Shown piece after piece: positions 9,983 to 20,707 of a stretch of 64,000 nt of DNA. Within the stretch, counting starts at the first letter, position 1. The number at the start of each line of letters is the position of its first letter. Below the pieces are notes generated by a model that saw only the letters and a program-made list of their open reading frames with translations, made no database searches and was not told the DNA's origin. The DNA lies in the NCBI GenBank assembly GCA_028279365.1, contig JANQNX010000016.1, positions 82,017-146,016 of the forward strand, read 5' to 3'. The DNA is from Gammaproteobacteria bacterium. Lineage in GTDB: Bacteria; Pseudomonadota; Gammaproteobacteria; Eutrophobiales; Eutrophobiaceae. The translations under genes and the position numbers were made by a program.

Positions 9983-10725
9983 GTCTGATCCTTATGAAGC
10001 AGGCTGAGTCCACGCAATACCAACTGCGGATCGCACTCATGTGGATAGCTTATATGCTGGCTTAAGCGCTGGGTATAGCCGCCGGTTAATACACATGTCA
10101 CCGGGCTGGAAACGGCCTGTTTAAAATCGATAATGGCATGTTCAATGCTCGACACCAATGCCAGGCAGGCACCGTTAGCGATGGCTGCCTGCGTGTTATT
10201 GGCCGGTTTTGCTGAAAAAGAATCGGTCACATCCACCTTGATTTGAGTCGTGCCTCCGATCAGCGATCGTTGCAGTAAATGATTCCCGGGTAAGATATAG
10301 CCGCCCCTGTGTTTGCCACTCGATTCAATAAAATCAATCGTCAATGCTGTACCACAATCAATCACACAAAGATTGGTATTATGTTTTTCCCAGGCCGCGA
10401 CCATCGCTAACCATCGGTCAACCCCCATGCTGGTAAAATCGTCATAGCCGTTTTGTAATTGTTTATACTCTGCACAGACACCCGCCTGCCAGATATCGCA
10501 TTGCCAGACTTTATCAACCACCTGATAAAGCCGGTTAAGTATCTCTTCACCGGCCACGTTCGCGACCAGCACGCGAGTAAGCCTGAGTGCAGGAGAAATA
10601 TGTTCCTGTATTTTTTCTACGAAATTATCAGGCTCGTAGACAAACCAGTTCGCTTTATCGAACACATGTTGATCTTCTATCGCCCAGTTAATACTGGAAT
10701 TACCGATATCAAGTAGTAAGTTCAT
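9979..10725 (-). CDS. coaX: Type III pantothenate kinase
   Basis: MNLLLDIGNSSINWA N-terminus and the GGY... acetate/sugar kinase fold typical of CoaX. Overlaps birA stop. Confidence 0.85.
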   Translation of the reverse strand: MNLLLDIGNSSINWAIEDQHVFDKANWFVYEPDNFVEKIQEHISPALRLTRVLVANVAGEEILNRLYQVVDKVWQCDIWQAGVCAEYKQLQNGYDDFTSMGVDRWLAMVAAWEKHNTNLCVIDCGTALTIDFIESSGKHRGGYILPGNHLLQRSLIGGTTQIKVDVTDSFSAKPANNTQAAIANGACLALVSSIEHAIIDFKQAVSSPVTCVLTGGYTQRLSQHISYPHECDPQLVLRGLSLLHKDQT

Positions 10726-11702
10726 ATCCCCACCATGACGCTCACCTCACCTGACAGGTAGCGCTTTATTTCACCCTGATGCTCAATCAACAGTCGGCCT
10801 TGCTCATCGATGCCTTGTAAGTTGCCTGTAATACTTGAATCTGGTAATTGCAGCGTCGCCTTTTTCCCGTGACAACAATCATAATTACGCCATTCATCCA
10901 GCATTGCCGTTGTATCAGCCGCCGTTGTCATCGACAAGGCTTCAATTAACTGGTTAATCAACATGGCAATGATCACATTACGCGACAAGCGGGTTTCAGT
11001 CTGTTGACAAATATCAGTGATCGGCTGTGCAACGTTTTCTGCAATATTATCTGACATGTCATAGTTTAAACCGATACCAATTACCATCGATAACGGCCCA
11101 CCTGCTTCACCTTTCATCTCCAGCAATACACCACCCAGTTTTTTTCCATCTACCAGAATATCATTTGGCCATTTCAATCCGGCATCGGTAATACCGATTT
11201 CATGCAGGGTTCTGATAATCGCAACACCGGTCACCAGTGACATGATGCTGGTAAAATTGTTTGCGACTTCGACCTTCCAGCTCATCGAAAGATAAATACC
11301 ACTGGCAACAGGTGACAACCAGCTATTGTTTCTTCTGCCTTTGCCTTCGTTTTGATACTCTGCAAGTAACACAATGACGTTTGAGGCATCATGCGTTAAT
11401 ACGCGTGACAGTTCATCATTGGTTGAACCTGTTTCAAATAATATGTTTATTTCACAAGCCTGTGCTTTCGCATGTGAACCCAATAAGTCTTTAATCTGTT
11501 TTTGATCCAGTAATTCAATCTTTTTTTGTAATTGATAACCGCGACCATGTTTGGCATCAATAACCAGTCCCATTTGTTCTATCTTCTTTATCGATTTATT
11601 GATGGCAACACGCGTGACACCCAACTGTTGGGCAAGGGTTTCTCCCGAATGACACTCAGCATCACTCAGGATAGCCAGTAATTGTAAGATTTTTTGCTTC
11701 AT
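10722..11702 (-). CDS. birA: Bifunctional biotin-[acetyl-CoA-carboxylase] ligase / bio operon repressor
   Basis: N-terminal wHTH (SGETLAQQLGVTRVAINKSIKKIE), BPL catalytic core (GKGRRNNSW), and C-terminal SH3-like domain. Confidence 0.85.
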   Translation of the reverse strand: MKQKILQLLAILSDAECHSGETLAQQLGVTRVAINKSIKKIEQMGLVIDAKHGRGYQLQKKIELLDQKQIKDLLGSHAKAQACEINILFETGSTNDELSRVLTHDASNVIVLLAEYQNEGKGRRNNSWLSPVASGIYLSMSWKVEVANNFTSIMSLVTGVAIIRTLHEIGITDAGLKWPNDILVDGKKLGGVLLEMKGEAGGPLSMVIGIGLNYDMSDNIAENVAQPITDICQQTETRLSRNVIIAMLINQLIEALSMTTAADTTAMLDEWRNYDCCHGKKATLQLPDSSITGNLQGIDEQGRLLIEHQGEIKRYLSGEVSVMVGI

Positions 11703-11747
11703 GACATGCAGCCTGAGGCAGGCAACAGTTGCTTAGTGATCGATAGT

Positions 11748-11765
11748 AGACATTAATTAATGTCT
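11748..11765. repeat. Perfect 18-bp palindrome AGACATTAATTAATGTCT between the VWA-FHA gene and birA
   Basis: Read directly in sequence: 9+9 perfect inverted repeat, AT-rich, no downstream U-tract. Confidence 0.6.
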
Positions 11766-11777
11766 GGCGCTGCTGTA

Positions 11778-13574
11778 TCAGATATCTTCTTTGCGAAGGG
11801 TAACATCATCGTCAACGCCACCATCACCGGAAATATCATCGTCCAGCATGATGGTCTCATCTTCTGAATCCGCATCGTCATCTTCTTCCAGGACAAAGTC
11901 GGGCTCTGCGTCAGTCGTATCATTGTCAGGCAGCTCACGAATCACCGTATCTTCCTCATCCGGGTCCGGTTCATACAAGTCAGACAAATCACCATCCGGT
12001 TCAGTAGGGCCGGTTAAGTCAAAATCCATATCTGCTGCAGCGGCCTGTTTGATCTCATCATCATTCAGCTCATTATCACCGCCACGTAACTGTGTTGCTT
12101 CTTCAGATTCATCTGCTCCGGGCTGGGCGGCAAAGACGGTATTGGATATCACTGTCATACCGCTGTCTTCCATTTCCGGCATGATGAAATCAAACTCACA
12201 ACGATGTAGCCTGATTTTGTCACCATGCTTCAAACGCACTTCGGTTTTTACCGGTTCCTCATTCACGAATGTTCCGTTGATACTTCCCTGATCAATAATC
12301 CAGAATGAATAATCCTTGTATTCAATCAAGGCGTGTCGACGACCGATAGTTGATTCATTCACAACGATATAATCCAGATGCTCCGTGTCCTGTCCTGCGA
12401 CCCGACCAAACATGGTGGGTTTTTTGCCCAGCTTATGTGTTTGTTTATCGGTCTTACCGGTTAAGTCATTAATATAGGCTTCCTGGATGACTTGTTGTTC
12501 ACCTGCCTTTAATTCTTTACTACGACGTATCAGTAATATCAGGATGCCCAACAATGTCAGTGTCAGGATGATCGCAGCGGCAATGATAATCATCGAACGA
12601 ATGCGTTCTTCCTCGCCCATCGTTTGCGCCGGAACTTCAATGATCACTGGGGCCGGAGGCGGTTGCACAACAGGCGCCGGTGCCTCAATGATCACCTGTT
12701 TAATCGGTGCAGGGGCGACTTCAGGTTCAGGTGGTGTGATTAAAATGTCATTAATTTGTTTAAACACACTCTGAATTTTCTCGGCTTTCAGGGCACGATA
12801 ATATTCACCATTGGTATTTTGCGCTATCGACTGGATTAACTGGAAATCGGCCTGCTCCGTGAATGCAATCGCGAAAATCTTAATGTCATTATCCGCCGCA
12901 TCGGGTGCCAGATCCTCTCGCAGCCATTTTGCTTTTTCCAGATCTTTATTAGCATCACCAGTATCAACAATGCCATCCGTCATAAATATGATCGACTTTT
13001 GTGCGTCCTCGCGGGCATTGGTTTTTAACTCATAAATCGCTCGCTCGATTCCCGCCGGGCTATCGGTAAACAAGCCTTTGTAATTAATATCATTCAGGCT
13101 GTTGAGAATTAATTCACGATTGGCAAACGTGGCATCGGTTAAAGGTACAGGTAAGGAAACCGACTGGTCAAAAATAACAATCCCAACCCGGGTATTCTCG
13201 CTTTGTAAGCTGATGAACTCGCGAACGGCACTGCCAACCAGAAATTTCGGATCGTTCTTTTTCATGCTGCCGGAATTATCCAGCACCAGAAACACATCGT
13301 TGATCACTTCCTCTGCAGCGACGGCTTCCTCTGGTATTACCTCAACCGGGACAACATCCTGTAACGTGGAGGTATCCGTGTCCGGTTCGGACTCGAGTAA
13401 CTCTTCGACCAATGCAGGTTCACTGTCTTCTGCCAGGATCTCGGCTTCGAGTGATTCAATATCATCAGTAAATTGAAAATCGTCTATTTGCTGAGGCGAT
13501 TCATCGACTAATTGACCCGCAAAACTGCTGGAAAATGAGGCAATAAGGGCGAGATATAGCAGTTTTTTCAGCAT
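11778..13574 (-). CDS. Bitopic membrane protein: signal peptide, periplasmic VWA domain, single TM helix, cytoplasmic FHA domain, poly-acidic termini
   Basis: VWA with MIDAS-type DNSGS (DVFLVLDNSGSMKKND ... IIFMTDGIVDTGD). PAPV repeats then TM helix MIIIAAAIILTLTLLGILILLI. FHA domain (GRVAGQDTEHLDYIVVNESTIGRRHALIEY ... GSINGTFVNEEPV). Asp/Glu-rich tails. Confidence 0.7.
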   Translation of the reverse strand: MLKKLLYLALIASFSSSFAGQLVDESPQQIDDFQFTDDIESLEAEILAEDSEPALVEELLESEPDTDTSTLQDVVPVEVIPEEAVAAEEVINDVFLVLDNSGSMKKNDPKFLVGSAVREFISLQSENTRVGIVIFDQSVSLPVPLTDATFANRELILNSLNDINYKGLFTDSPAGIERAIYELKTNAREDAQKSIIFMTDGIVDTGDANKDLEKAKWLREDLAPDAADNDIKIFAIAFTEQADFQLIQSIAQNTNGEYYRALKAEKIQSVFKQINDILITPPEPEVAPAPIKQVIIEAPAPVVQPPPAPVIIEVPAQTMGEEERIRSMIIIAAAIILTLTLLGILILLIRRSKELKAGEQQVIQEAYINDLTGKTDKQTHKLGKKPTMFGRVAGQDTEHLDYIVVNESTIGRRHALIEYKDYSFWIIDQGSINGTFVNEEPVKTEVRLKHGDKIRLHRCEFDFIMPEMEDSGMTVISNTVFAAQPGADESEEATQLRGGDNELNDDEIKQAAAADMDFDLTGPTEPDGDLSDLYEPDPDEEDTVIRELPDNDTTDAEPDFVLEEDDDADSEDETIMLDDDISGDGGVDDDVTLRKEDI

Positions 13575-13670
13575 GGATATGTCGGTATTTGTGATTGTTT
13601 GACAGATAAGCGCCGTATTATATGTGTTAACGGCAAGATACCAAACTGTTTTACTAAGAAAATCAGGCCA

Positions 13671-14519
13671 CTAACTGTCAGTTTCAGTCGCCACCGGTTT
13701 GTCAGGTGTGTTGCTCCATTCGCTCCAGGAACCGGCATATAATTTTGCAACACCCAGCCCTGCATGACACATAGCCAGGATATTATGACAAGCGGTTACG
13801 CCTGAACCACAATACACTACGGTCTGCTCCACACTGTTATTACTAAGTAATTCGGAAAATCCCTGGTTAAGCTCGGCTTTTGGCTTGAATTGTCCATTTT
13901 CCTGCAGATTGTCTTTCCAGAAACGGTTAATCGCACCGGGAATGTGACCGGCGACAGGATCAATCGGTTCTATCTCGCCTCGATAGCGCGGTGGTTCTCT
14001 GGAATCGATAATCAACTCATAATCAGATACATCATCAATATTGACCACCTGATCCGCCAAGGCCTGTGACTGAAATTGTGTTGCTGACACCGATTCGGCC
14101 TGCCTGTCGGCTTGGCTGGAAGTGGGAAGCTTTTGATCCAACCAGGCCTGCCAGCCTCCATCCAATACCGCCACAGATTGATGCCGCATATGCTGGCACA
14201 TCCACCACATTCTGGCGGCAAAGGCGCCAAAACTATCATCATAGACCACAACCTGAGTATCCTGACCAATACCCGCACGGCTGAATAAACGATTCATTTC
14301 GGCCTCGGTTGGTAAGGGATGACGACCACGGTTTGTGATTGGTGGACCGCTAAGATCATCATGCACGTCGAGATAAATCGCAGCCGGAATATGCCCAGTT
14401 TGATAAGCCAATCGACCTGCAGTCTTGTCCATCAAATCATAACGACAGTCAATAATGCGCAGATCCGGATCGGACAAGCGACCGTGTAATTCTTCACAAC
14501 TGATAAGGGTAGTAAACAT
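13671..14519 (-). CDS. sseA: 3-mercaptopyruvate / thiosulfate sulfurtransferase (tandem rhodanese)
   Basis: Two rhodanese domains. Active-site CGSGVTAC in the second domain. Confidence 0.8.
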   Translation of the reverse strand: MFTTLISCEELHGRLSDPDLRIIDCRYDLMDKTAGRLAYQTGHIPAAIYLDVHDDLSGPPITNRGRHPLPTEAEMNRLFSRAGIGQDTQVVVYDDSFGAFAARMWWMCQHMRHQSVAVLDGGWQAWLDQKLPTSSQADRQAESVSATQFQSQALADQVVNIDDVSDYELIIDSREPPRYRGEIEPIDPVAGHIPGAINRFWKDNLQENGQFKPKAELNQGFSELLSNNSVEQTVVYCGSGVTACHNILAMCHAGLGVAKLYAGSWSEWSNTPDKPVATETDS

Positions 14520-14560
14520 GACAAACTCTATTTATCAAAGAGTCAGTATAATGAAGAGCC

Positions 14561-15622
14561 ATGGTCGTATCTATAAGAGTTGTCATCATTGCTGCTTCAC
14601 TATTTTGTTTAAGCGGCTGTACTACCATCAGCTACTATTCGCAATCGGTTACCGGACAGCTAGAAATTTTTAGTAAGCAACAACCCATCGCGGAGATATT
14701 GGATCAAGAAAACCTGCCTGACAATACGCGACAAAAATTACAGACCGCTATCGCAATTCGGGAGTTCTCAATAAATACATTACTGCTGCCAGACAACGAT
14801 AGCTACCGACACTATGCTGATCTTGGCCGACGCTATGTTATCTGGAACGTGTTTGCCACGCCTGAGTTTTCCTTAGAACCTTTGCAATGGTGTTTCTTGA
14901 TTGTCGGCTGCCTGAGTTATCGCGGCTATTTCAAATATGAAGATGCTTACCTATTGCAACAAAAGCTCATTCAAAATAACAATGATACTTATGTTGGCGG
15001 GGTAGCCGCCTATTCGACACTGGGTTGGTTTGACGATCCGATACTTAGCACAATGCTCAACTGGGACACGATCTATCTTGCCCGGGTAATATTTCATGAA
15101 TTGGCGCATCAACAACTTTACGTTAGCAACGACACGATGTTTAACGAATCGTATGCCGAGACAGTGGCCAGAATAGGATTGGAAAGATGGTTACAGGATA
15201 AACCGGAAGTGATAGACAAATACATGACAGAGCAGGACAGAGACGAAAAAGTGGTAGCGCTGGTCATCGACTATCGCGACAAACTGAATCAGCTGTATAC
15301 CTCAAACCATGACAAGACCCTACTCAGGCAGGGTAAACAGCGATTATTTACTGAGTTAAAAACTGACTATCAGCGTTTGAGTCAAGGCTGGCAAAATCGA
15401 AAATACGATAATTGGTTTATCGATGATTTGAACAATGCGAAACTAATGACACTGGTAACTTACAAAGAGTATGTTGATGACTTTTACCAGATTTATCTCG
15501 ATTTAGGGAAGAATTTGTCGCAATTCTATGACACCATACAGAATATGGCAGCCTGTCAGGCTGAGCAAAGGCGTGCGATCCTGAAAAAACGAGATGTTGA
15601 GTTTTACTGTCAAAATAAATAG
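14561..15622 (+). CDS. Predicted aminopeptidase-family lipoprotein (HExxH)
   Basis: Lipobox LSGC after signal peptide. HELAHQ metal-binding motif. Family assignment from memory of predicted-aminopeptidase lipoproteins. Confidence 0.55.
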   Translation: MVVSIRVVIIAASLFCLSGCTTISYYSQSVTGQLEIFSKQQPIAEILDQENLPDNTRQKLQTAIAIREFSINTLLLPDNDSYRHYADLGRRYVIWNVFATPEFSLEPLQWCFLIVGCLSYRGYFKYEDAYLLQQKLIQNNNDTYVGGVAAYSTLGWFDDPILSTMLNWDTIYLARVIFHELAHQQLYVSNDTMFNESYAETVARIGLERWLQDKPEVIDKYMTEQDRDEKVVALVIDYRDKLNQLYTSNHDKTLLRQGKQRLFTELKTDYQRLSQGWQNRKYDNWFIDDLNNAKLMTLVTYKEYVDDFYQIYLDLGKNLSQFYDTIQNMAACQAEQRRAILKKRDVEFYCQNK

Positions 15623-15799
15623 TAGATAATGTGTATTAAAACTGTCCTGATCATCAGTTTTTACGATAATAAATGAGCAGCTTTTTAACCATAATGCGAA
15701 ACAGTTCACAGGAAGATAATCAGTTGTCAGGTAGCGTACGCATCAAGTTTGCTTTACATAATTTATTCCAATTTAGTCGTTTCAACACACACAATTAGC

Positions 15800-16675
15800 A
15801 TGTTAAATAAATTTTTTGCCAAACCGATCGAGATCACTGTAGGTGAACAAACCCTGAAGTTTTCCTCACTCGCCGATTTTGAATTCTGTCTTGCTGGCAG
15901 AACCTCGGTGCCATCACGCAAAATTACCGAGATGGTGAAATTTTCGACTGACGAGCTAAAAAAAGAAGCACGCACAATTAAAAGTATTGAAAAACGCTTT
16001 GTCAGTATTCTTTCCAAATCGATCGAGGATGCCGAAAGCATCAACCGGGCGTTAAGAGAATTAGACCCACAAATTTTTTCTCAGGATAATAGCTGGCGCA
16101 TGATCATCAGTTCATTGCATGAAGGTGATGAACAACTCAACCCATTCCGTCGCGTCGCGCTGGTCAAGTACATGCAATACCTGTCCTCACGCCAGGAGAT
16201 AATCAAATACCTTTACTCTGAAAAAACCAAAGGTAAAAAAGCAGGCTCAGAAAAAGCAGAAGAAGGCGGCAGCTTTAAAGACACCTTGATGTTGGAAAAC
16301 ACGGTGTTTGAGCCAAGTTCTGAAGGGGGTCAAGCAATCGATATCGAACGCATGTTAAAAGGTGAAAATGTCACCATCATGCTCAAGTCCGGCAAAGATA
16401 TTGATATTTACCTGTCCAAACATCATTGCAAAATTGTCCCAGGCAAAGTGAATAAATTCATCGACCAGGATCAGCGCAGTTATGATTTGAAAGTCGGGAG
16501 AAATACCATTGGGCGCGATGCATCAAACGACATCATGATCGATCCCAAACTACGCGACGTATCGCGCACGCATCTGGTAATAGAATTGGATAACGATAAT
16601 ATTATTTATATGACAGATTTTTCTTCGCATGGCACATCGCTCCCATCGAAGTACCTGGATAGCCAGAGCTTTTAA
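15800..16675 (+). CDS. FHA-domain protein (C-terminal FHA, uncharacterised N-terminal region)
   Basis: C-terminal FHA motif (YDLKVGRNTIGRDASNDIMIDPKLRDVSRTHLVIEL ... HGTSL). Start chosen at ATG 15800; the ORF-track frame opens at 15749. Confidence 0.55.
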   Translation: MLNKFFAKPIEITVGEQTLKFSSLADFEFCLAGRTSVPSRKITEMVKFSTDELKKEARTIKSIEKRFVSILSKSIEDAESINRALRELDPQIFSQDNSWRMIISSLHEGDEQLNPFRRVALVKYMQYLSSRQEIIKYLYSEKTKGKKAGSEKAEEGGSFKDTLMLENTVFEPSSEGGQAIDIERMLKGENVTIMLKSGKDIDIYLSKHHCKIVPGKVNKFIDQDQRSYDLKVGRNTIGRDASNDIMIDPKLRDVSRTHLVIELDNDNIIYMTDFSSHGTSLPSKYLDSQSF

Positions 16676-16676
16676 A

Positions 16677-17033
16677 TTACTTACCGAATATTCCCTTTAT
16701 CTTACCCATAATGCCTTCGTCTGCCTTTTTCTTGGCGGCGTTAGCGCGGGCAATGTCGGCCTTGCTCATGCCTGATTGAGCACCTGAACCACTGGAACCG
16801 GTGACTGTTCTGCCAGTTAACAATGCCTCGACCCGCTGGGCCGCAGTTGGACCTACCTTACGTTTCACCTTATTGATAATGTAATCATTATCGTACTCTT
16901 TCTCTTTCAGCTCCGTTAATACATCTTTAACGACGGTATCTTCCTTGGTTTTTTTCAGTGCGACATAAAGACTCTCGAGTAAACTCTCTGACCACATGGT
17001 TTTTATTTCGGTCATTTCAGGCTTATCTGCCAT
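16677..17033 (-). CDS. Hypothetical Lys/Ala-rich small protein
   Basis: ORF only. Convergent with the FHA gene. Start uncertain (ORF-track 17048). Confidence 0.35.
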   Translation of the reverse strand: MADKPEMTEIKTMWSESLLESLYVALKKTKEDTVVKDVLTELKEKEYDNDYIINKVKRKVGPTAAQRVEALLTGRTVTGSSGSGAQSGMSKADIARANAAKKKADEGIMGKIKGIFGK

Positions 17034-17226
17034 CGCTCTGCTCCACATCGTATTATCAATGACTTATTATCGATTGTTGCAGGGAAAATAACAAATCATC
17101 ATTAATATCAACGGCTTCATGCGCGTGTAATATCGTTATAAATACTTGATCTATATAGTCGCTTTCGATTCTGTTAGTATTTTTTCAATAAACTCAAACG
17201 ATTTCATCTCCATCACCGAACCAGAA

Positions 17227-17958
17227 ATGAATAGCAATAACTTTGATTACCAGCAGCAGGCCAAACAGTTCGCAGACGAGTCGCCGCGTTCGATTATAAA
17301 ACTGGCGCTGGATTCCTTTGAAAATATCGCTATTTCTTTTAGCGGTGCTGAGGATGTGGTGTTGATCGATCTTGCTGTAAAAATACGATCAGACATTAAT
17401 GTATTCTGCCTGGACACGGGACGGCTTCATGCAGAAACCTATCGTTTTATTGAAACGGTGAGGGAACATTATCAAATCGACATCGATATTCTATCGCCGC
17501 CAACAGAAATCTTGCAGGAGTTTGTCAAAAACAAGGGCTTATTCAGCTTTTATCAAGATGGCCATACTGAATGCTGCGGGATTCGTAAAGTTCTGCCGTT
17601 GAAGAAAAAACTGGCAGAGCTGGATGCATGGATCACCGGCCAGCGAAAAGATCAAAGTCCAGATACCCGTAATGCAGTGCCGGTTATTCAGAAAGACAAC
17701 GCCTTTTCGACGGCAGAAAAAACCATGATTAAATTTAATCCCTTGGCTAACTGGAGCTCGACCATGGTCTGGGAATACATCACGGTCAATAATGTCCCAT
17801 TCAATCCTTTACATGAACGTGGCTATATCAGTATCGGCTGTGAACCTTGTACCAGGCCGGTATTACCTAACCAACATGAACGTCAGGGACGTTGGTGGTG
17901 GGAAGAAGCCACACAAAAAGAATGTGGCTTACACGCCGATAATATGAAGGAAAAATAA
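17227..17958 (+). CDS. cysH: Thioredoxin-dependent adenylyl-sulfate (APS/PAPS) reductase
   Basis: PAPS-reductase fold. CC...C ([13 protein letters not shown]) plus C-terminal CEPC and ECGLH motifs typical of Fe-S APS reductases. ATG at 17227. Confidence 0.8.
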   Translation: MNSNNFDYQQQAKQFADESPRSIIKLALDSFENIAISFSGAEDVVLIDLAVKIRSDINVFCLDTGRLHAETYRFIETVREHYQIDIDILSPPTEILQEFVKNKGLFSFYQDGHTECCGIRKVLPLKKKLAELDAWITGQRKDQSPDTRNAVPVIQKDNAFSTAEKTMIKFNPLANWSSTMVWEYITVNNVPFNPLHERGYISIGCEPCTRPVLPNQHERQGRWWWEEATQKECGLHADNMKEK

Positions 17959-17960
17959 CC

Positions 17961-18293
17961 ATGAACATTACCCTGGTAAAAAAAATACTCGCAGACGGCA
18001 CACCCTGTCGAAAATGTGCTGAGGTTCAGGAACGTCTTCAGAAAGAGGGGTATATCAACAGCATCGACAGAACTGTCATTGCTGATGAGCGCGACCCTGA
18101 CAGCGAAGGTATGCAGCTGGCTAAACAGTACCAGGCAGAGCGGGCGCCGTTTTTCATTGTTGAGCATGATAATGATGAAACGACGATTTATACTGTGTAT
18201 TTGAAATTTGTTAATGAAGTATTAAAACAAGCAACCTCTGAAACTGATACTGCTAAAGAAATGCTGGAAAACCACGACCTGGATTTTCTATAA
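17961..18293 (+). CDS. Thioredoxin/glutaredoxin-fold small protein (CxxC = CRKC), co-operonic with cysH
   Basis: Starts 3 nt after cysH stop. CRKC dithiol and beta-alpha-beta topology suggested by sequence. Function inferred from context. Confidence 0.45.
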   Translation: MNITLVKKILADGTPCRKCAEVQERLQKEGYINSIDRTVIADERDPDSEGMQLAKQYQAERAPFFIVEHDNDETTIYTVYLKFVNEVLKQATSETDTAKEMLENHDLDFL

Positions 18294-18304
18294 CAATTTA
18301 ATAA

Positions 18305-19297
<993 letters not shown>

Positions 19298-19402
19298 TTA
19301 GTTATAAAAATATACATAATAATTCTTTTTATGAATACTTTTATATCGCTACATTAGCCTGCCCAAAATTCTGAAAGATCAAACAAATCGTAAATAACAG
19401 CT

Positions 19403-20185
19403 ATGGATCCCCTCTTTATCCTCTCCGGCTTTATCGTCGGCTTCGTGGTTGGCATGACTGGCGTTGGCGGCGGCTCACTAATGACACCGATATTGGTGCT
19501 GGGTTTTGGGATCAAACCGGCCATCGCAGTCGGTACCGACCTGCTCTATGCGGCGATGACAAAATCCGGTGGCGTCTTTGTGCATCACAAGCATGGAAAT
19601 ATTCAATGGCGCATCGTCAGCTTGCTCGCGACCGGCAGTATTCCTGCGAGCCTACTCGCAGTGATGTATCTCAAACACCTGGATACAAAGGGCGTAAATT
19701 ACGATCACGTCATCATGACAACACTGAGCGTTGCACTAATTCTGACAGCCGTGTTTTTATTATTACGCAGTTCCATTAAGTCATTCAGTCGACATGAAAA
19801 ATTCGATTTCCTTAAGATCATTCACCGGCGCTATCGTAAACATATTACTATTTTTGCAGGGGCATTGATTGGACTGCTGGTCACCATTTCTTCTGTTGGC
19901 GCTGGTGTCATCGGCGCTGCCTTTTTATTCTTTCTTTACCCTGAACTCAAGACCATCAAAATTGCCGCCACCGATCTGGCTCACGCCGTTCCCATTACCG
20001 CGATTGCCGGACTGGGACACGCACATATCGGTACCGTGGATTACATATTGCTGATAAGCCTGTTGATCGGTTCTCTACCCGGCATCTATCTGGGCAGTCA
20101 CTTTGGAACGGCTCTGCCTGAAAAAGTGATGCGACCCTTATTAGCCACACTACTTTTATTAATTGGTGTTAAGTTAGCCATCTAA
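19403..20185 (+). CDS. TSUP (TauE/SafE) family sulfite/anion exporter
   Basis: About 8 TM helices in two internal repeats with Gly-rich motifs typical of TSUP. Confidence 0.7.
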   Translation: MDPLFILSGFIVGFVVGMTGVGGGSLMTPILVLGFGIKPAIAVGTDLLYAAMTKSGGVFVHHKHGNIQWRIVSLLATGSIPASLLAVMYLKHLDTKGVNYDHVIMTTLSVALILTAVFLLLRSSIKSFSRHEKFDFLKIIHRRYRKHITIFAGALIGLLVTISSVGAGVIGAAFLFFLYPELKTIKIAATDLAHAVPITAIAGLGHAHIGTVDYILLISLLIGSLPGIYLGSHFGTALPEKVMRPLLATLLLLIGVKLAI

Positions 20186-20190
20186 TGAAA

Positions 20191-20219
20191 AAACCCTGCT
20201 TGAGTTTGCAGGGTTTTTG
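20191..20219. terminator. Rho-independent terminator (AAACCCTGC-ttgagtt-GCAGGGTTTTT)
   Basis: GC-rich 9-bp stem followed by a T-run, between convergent genes. Confidence 0.7.
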
Positions 20220-20242
20220 TCGTGAGATTTGCGTTAGTTAAG

Positions 20243-20461
20243 CTAGTGTTCCTTGTACTCCTCAATCAATTTTGACATTCGATCCTTTAACTGTAGTTTT
20301 TCTTTTTTCATATTTTCAAGTTCGAACTCATCAACACTGATATTACCTTCATGCACATCTTTGACTGTTTTCTTCAAATCGTCATGCTTATCAAATAATC
20401 GTCTAAAGTTGCTGTTCTCATTTAATAAGTGTGAAACTATTTCTTGATCGTGAGCAAACAT
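20243..20461 (-). CDS. DUF465 (YdcH-like) small protein
   Basis: 72 aa with heptad-like FRRLFDKHDDLKKTV pattern characteristic of YdcH family. Confidence 0.5.
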   Translation of the reverse strand: MFAHDQEIVSHLLNENSNFRRLFDKHDDLKKTVKDVHEGNISVDEFELENMKKEKLQLKDRMSKLIEEYKEH

Positions 20462-20707
20462 AATGTCTCCCTAGTTGAGTTAATCTTGAACTAATTTACG
20501 TCCTTATTTTTACTGGCTAACACAGTTAAATTTAGACTATCCAGTGACGCTTCGCCAGTAATATATTTCGGCTTGAAAAATACAGACTATAGTCATAACT
20601 CATTGTAAAACCAGGATATTTTTACAATGATAAAAAGGGAGTTTTTTTGCCTTTTAGTACTCTAATATAGTGAAAATGTAACTAAAATAATGTGATAGGG
20701 TGCTTAC

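Noticed and set aside
11791-12291. 166-aa Ser-rich plus-strand ORF
   Set aside because: It is the antisense reading of the Asp/Glu-rich C-terminal tail of the VWA-FHA gene (GAx codons read as xTC/Ser). Compositional artefact.
11778-16675. Type VI secretion FHA (Fha/TagH) components
   Set aside because: No other T6SS genes (tssB/C, hcp, vgrG, clpV) are present in the window. The domain combinations (VWA-TM-FHA) do not match TagH/Fha1.
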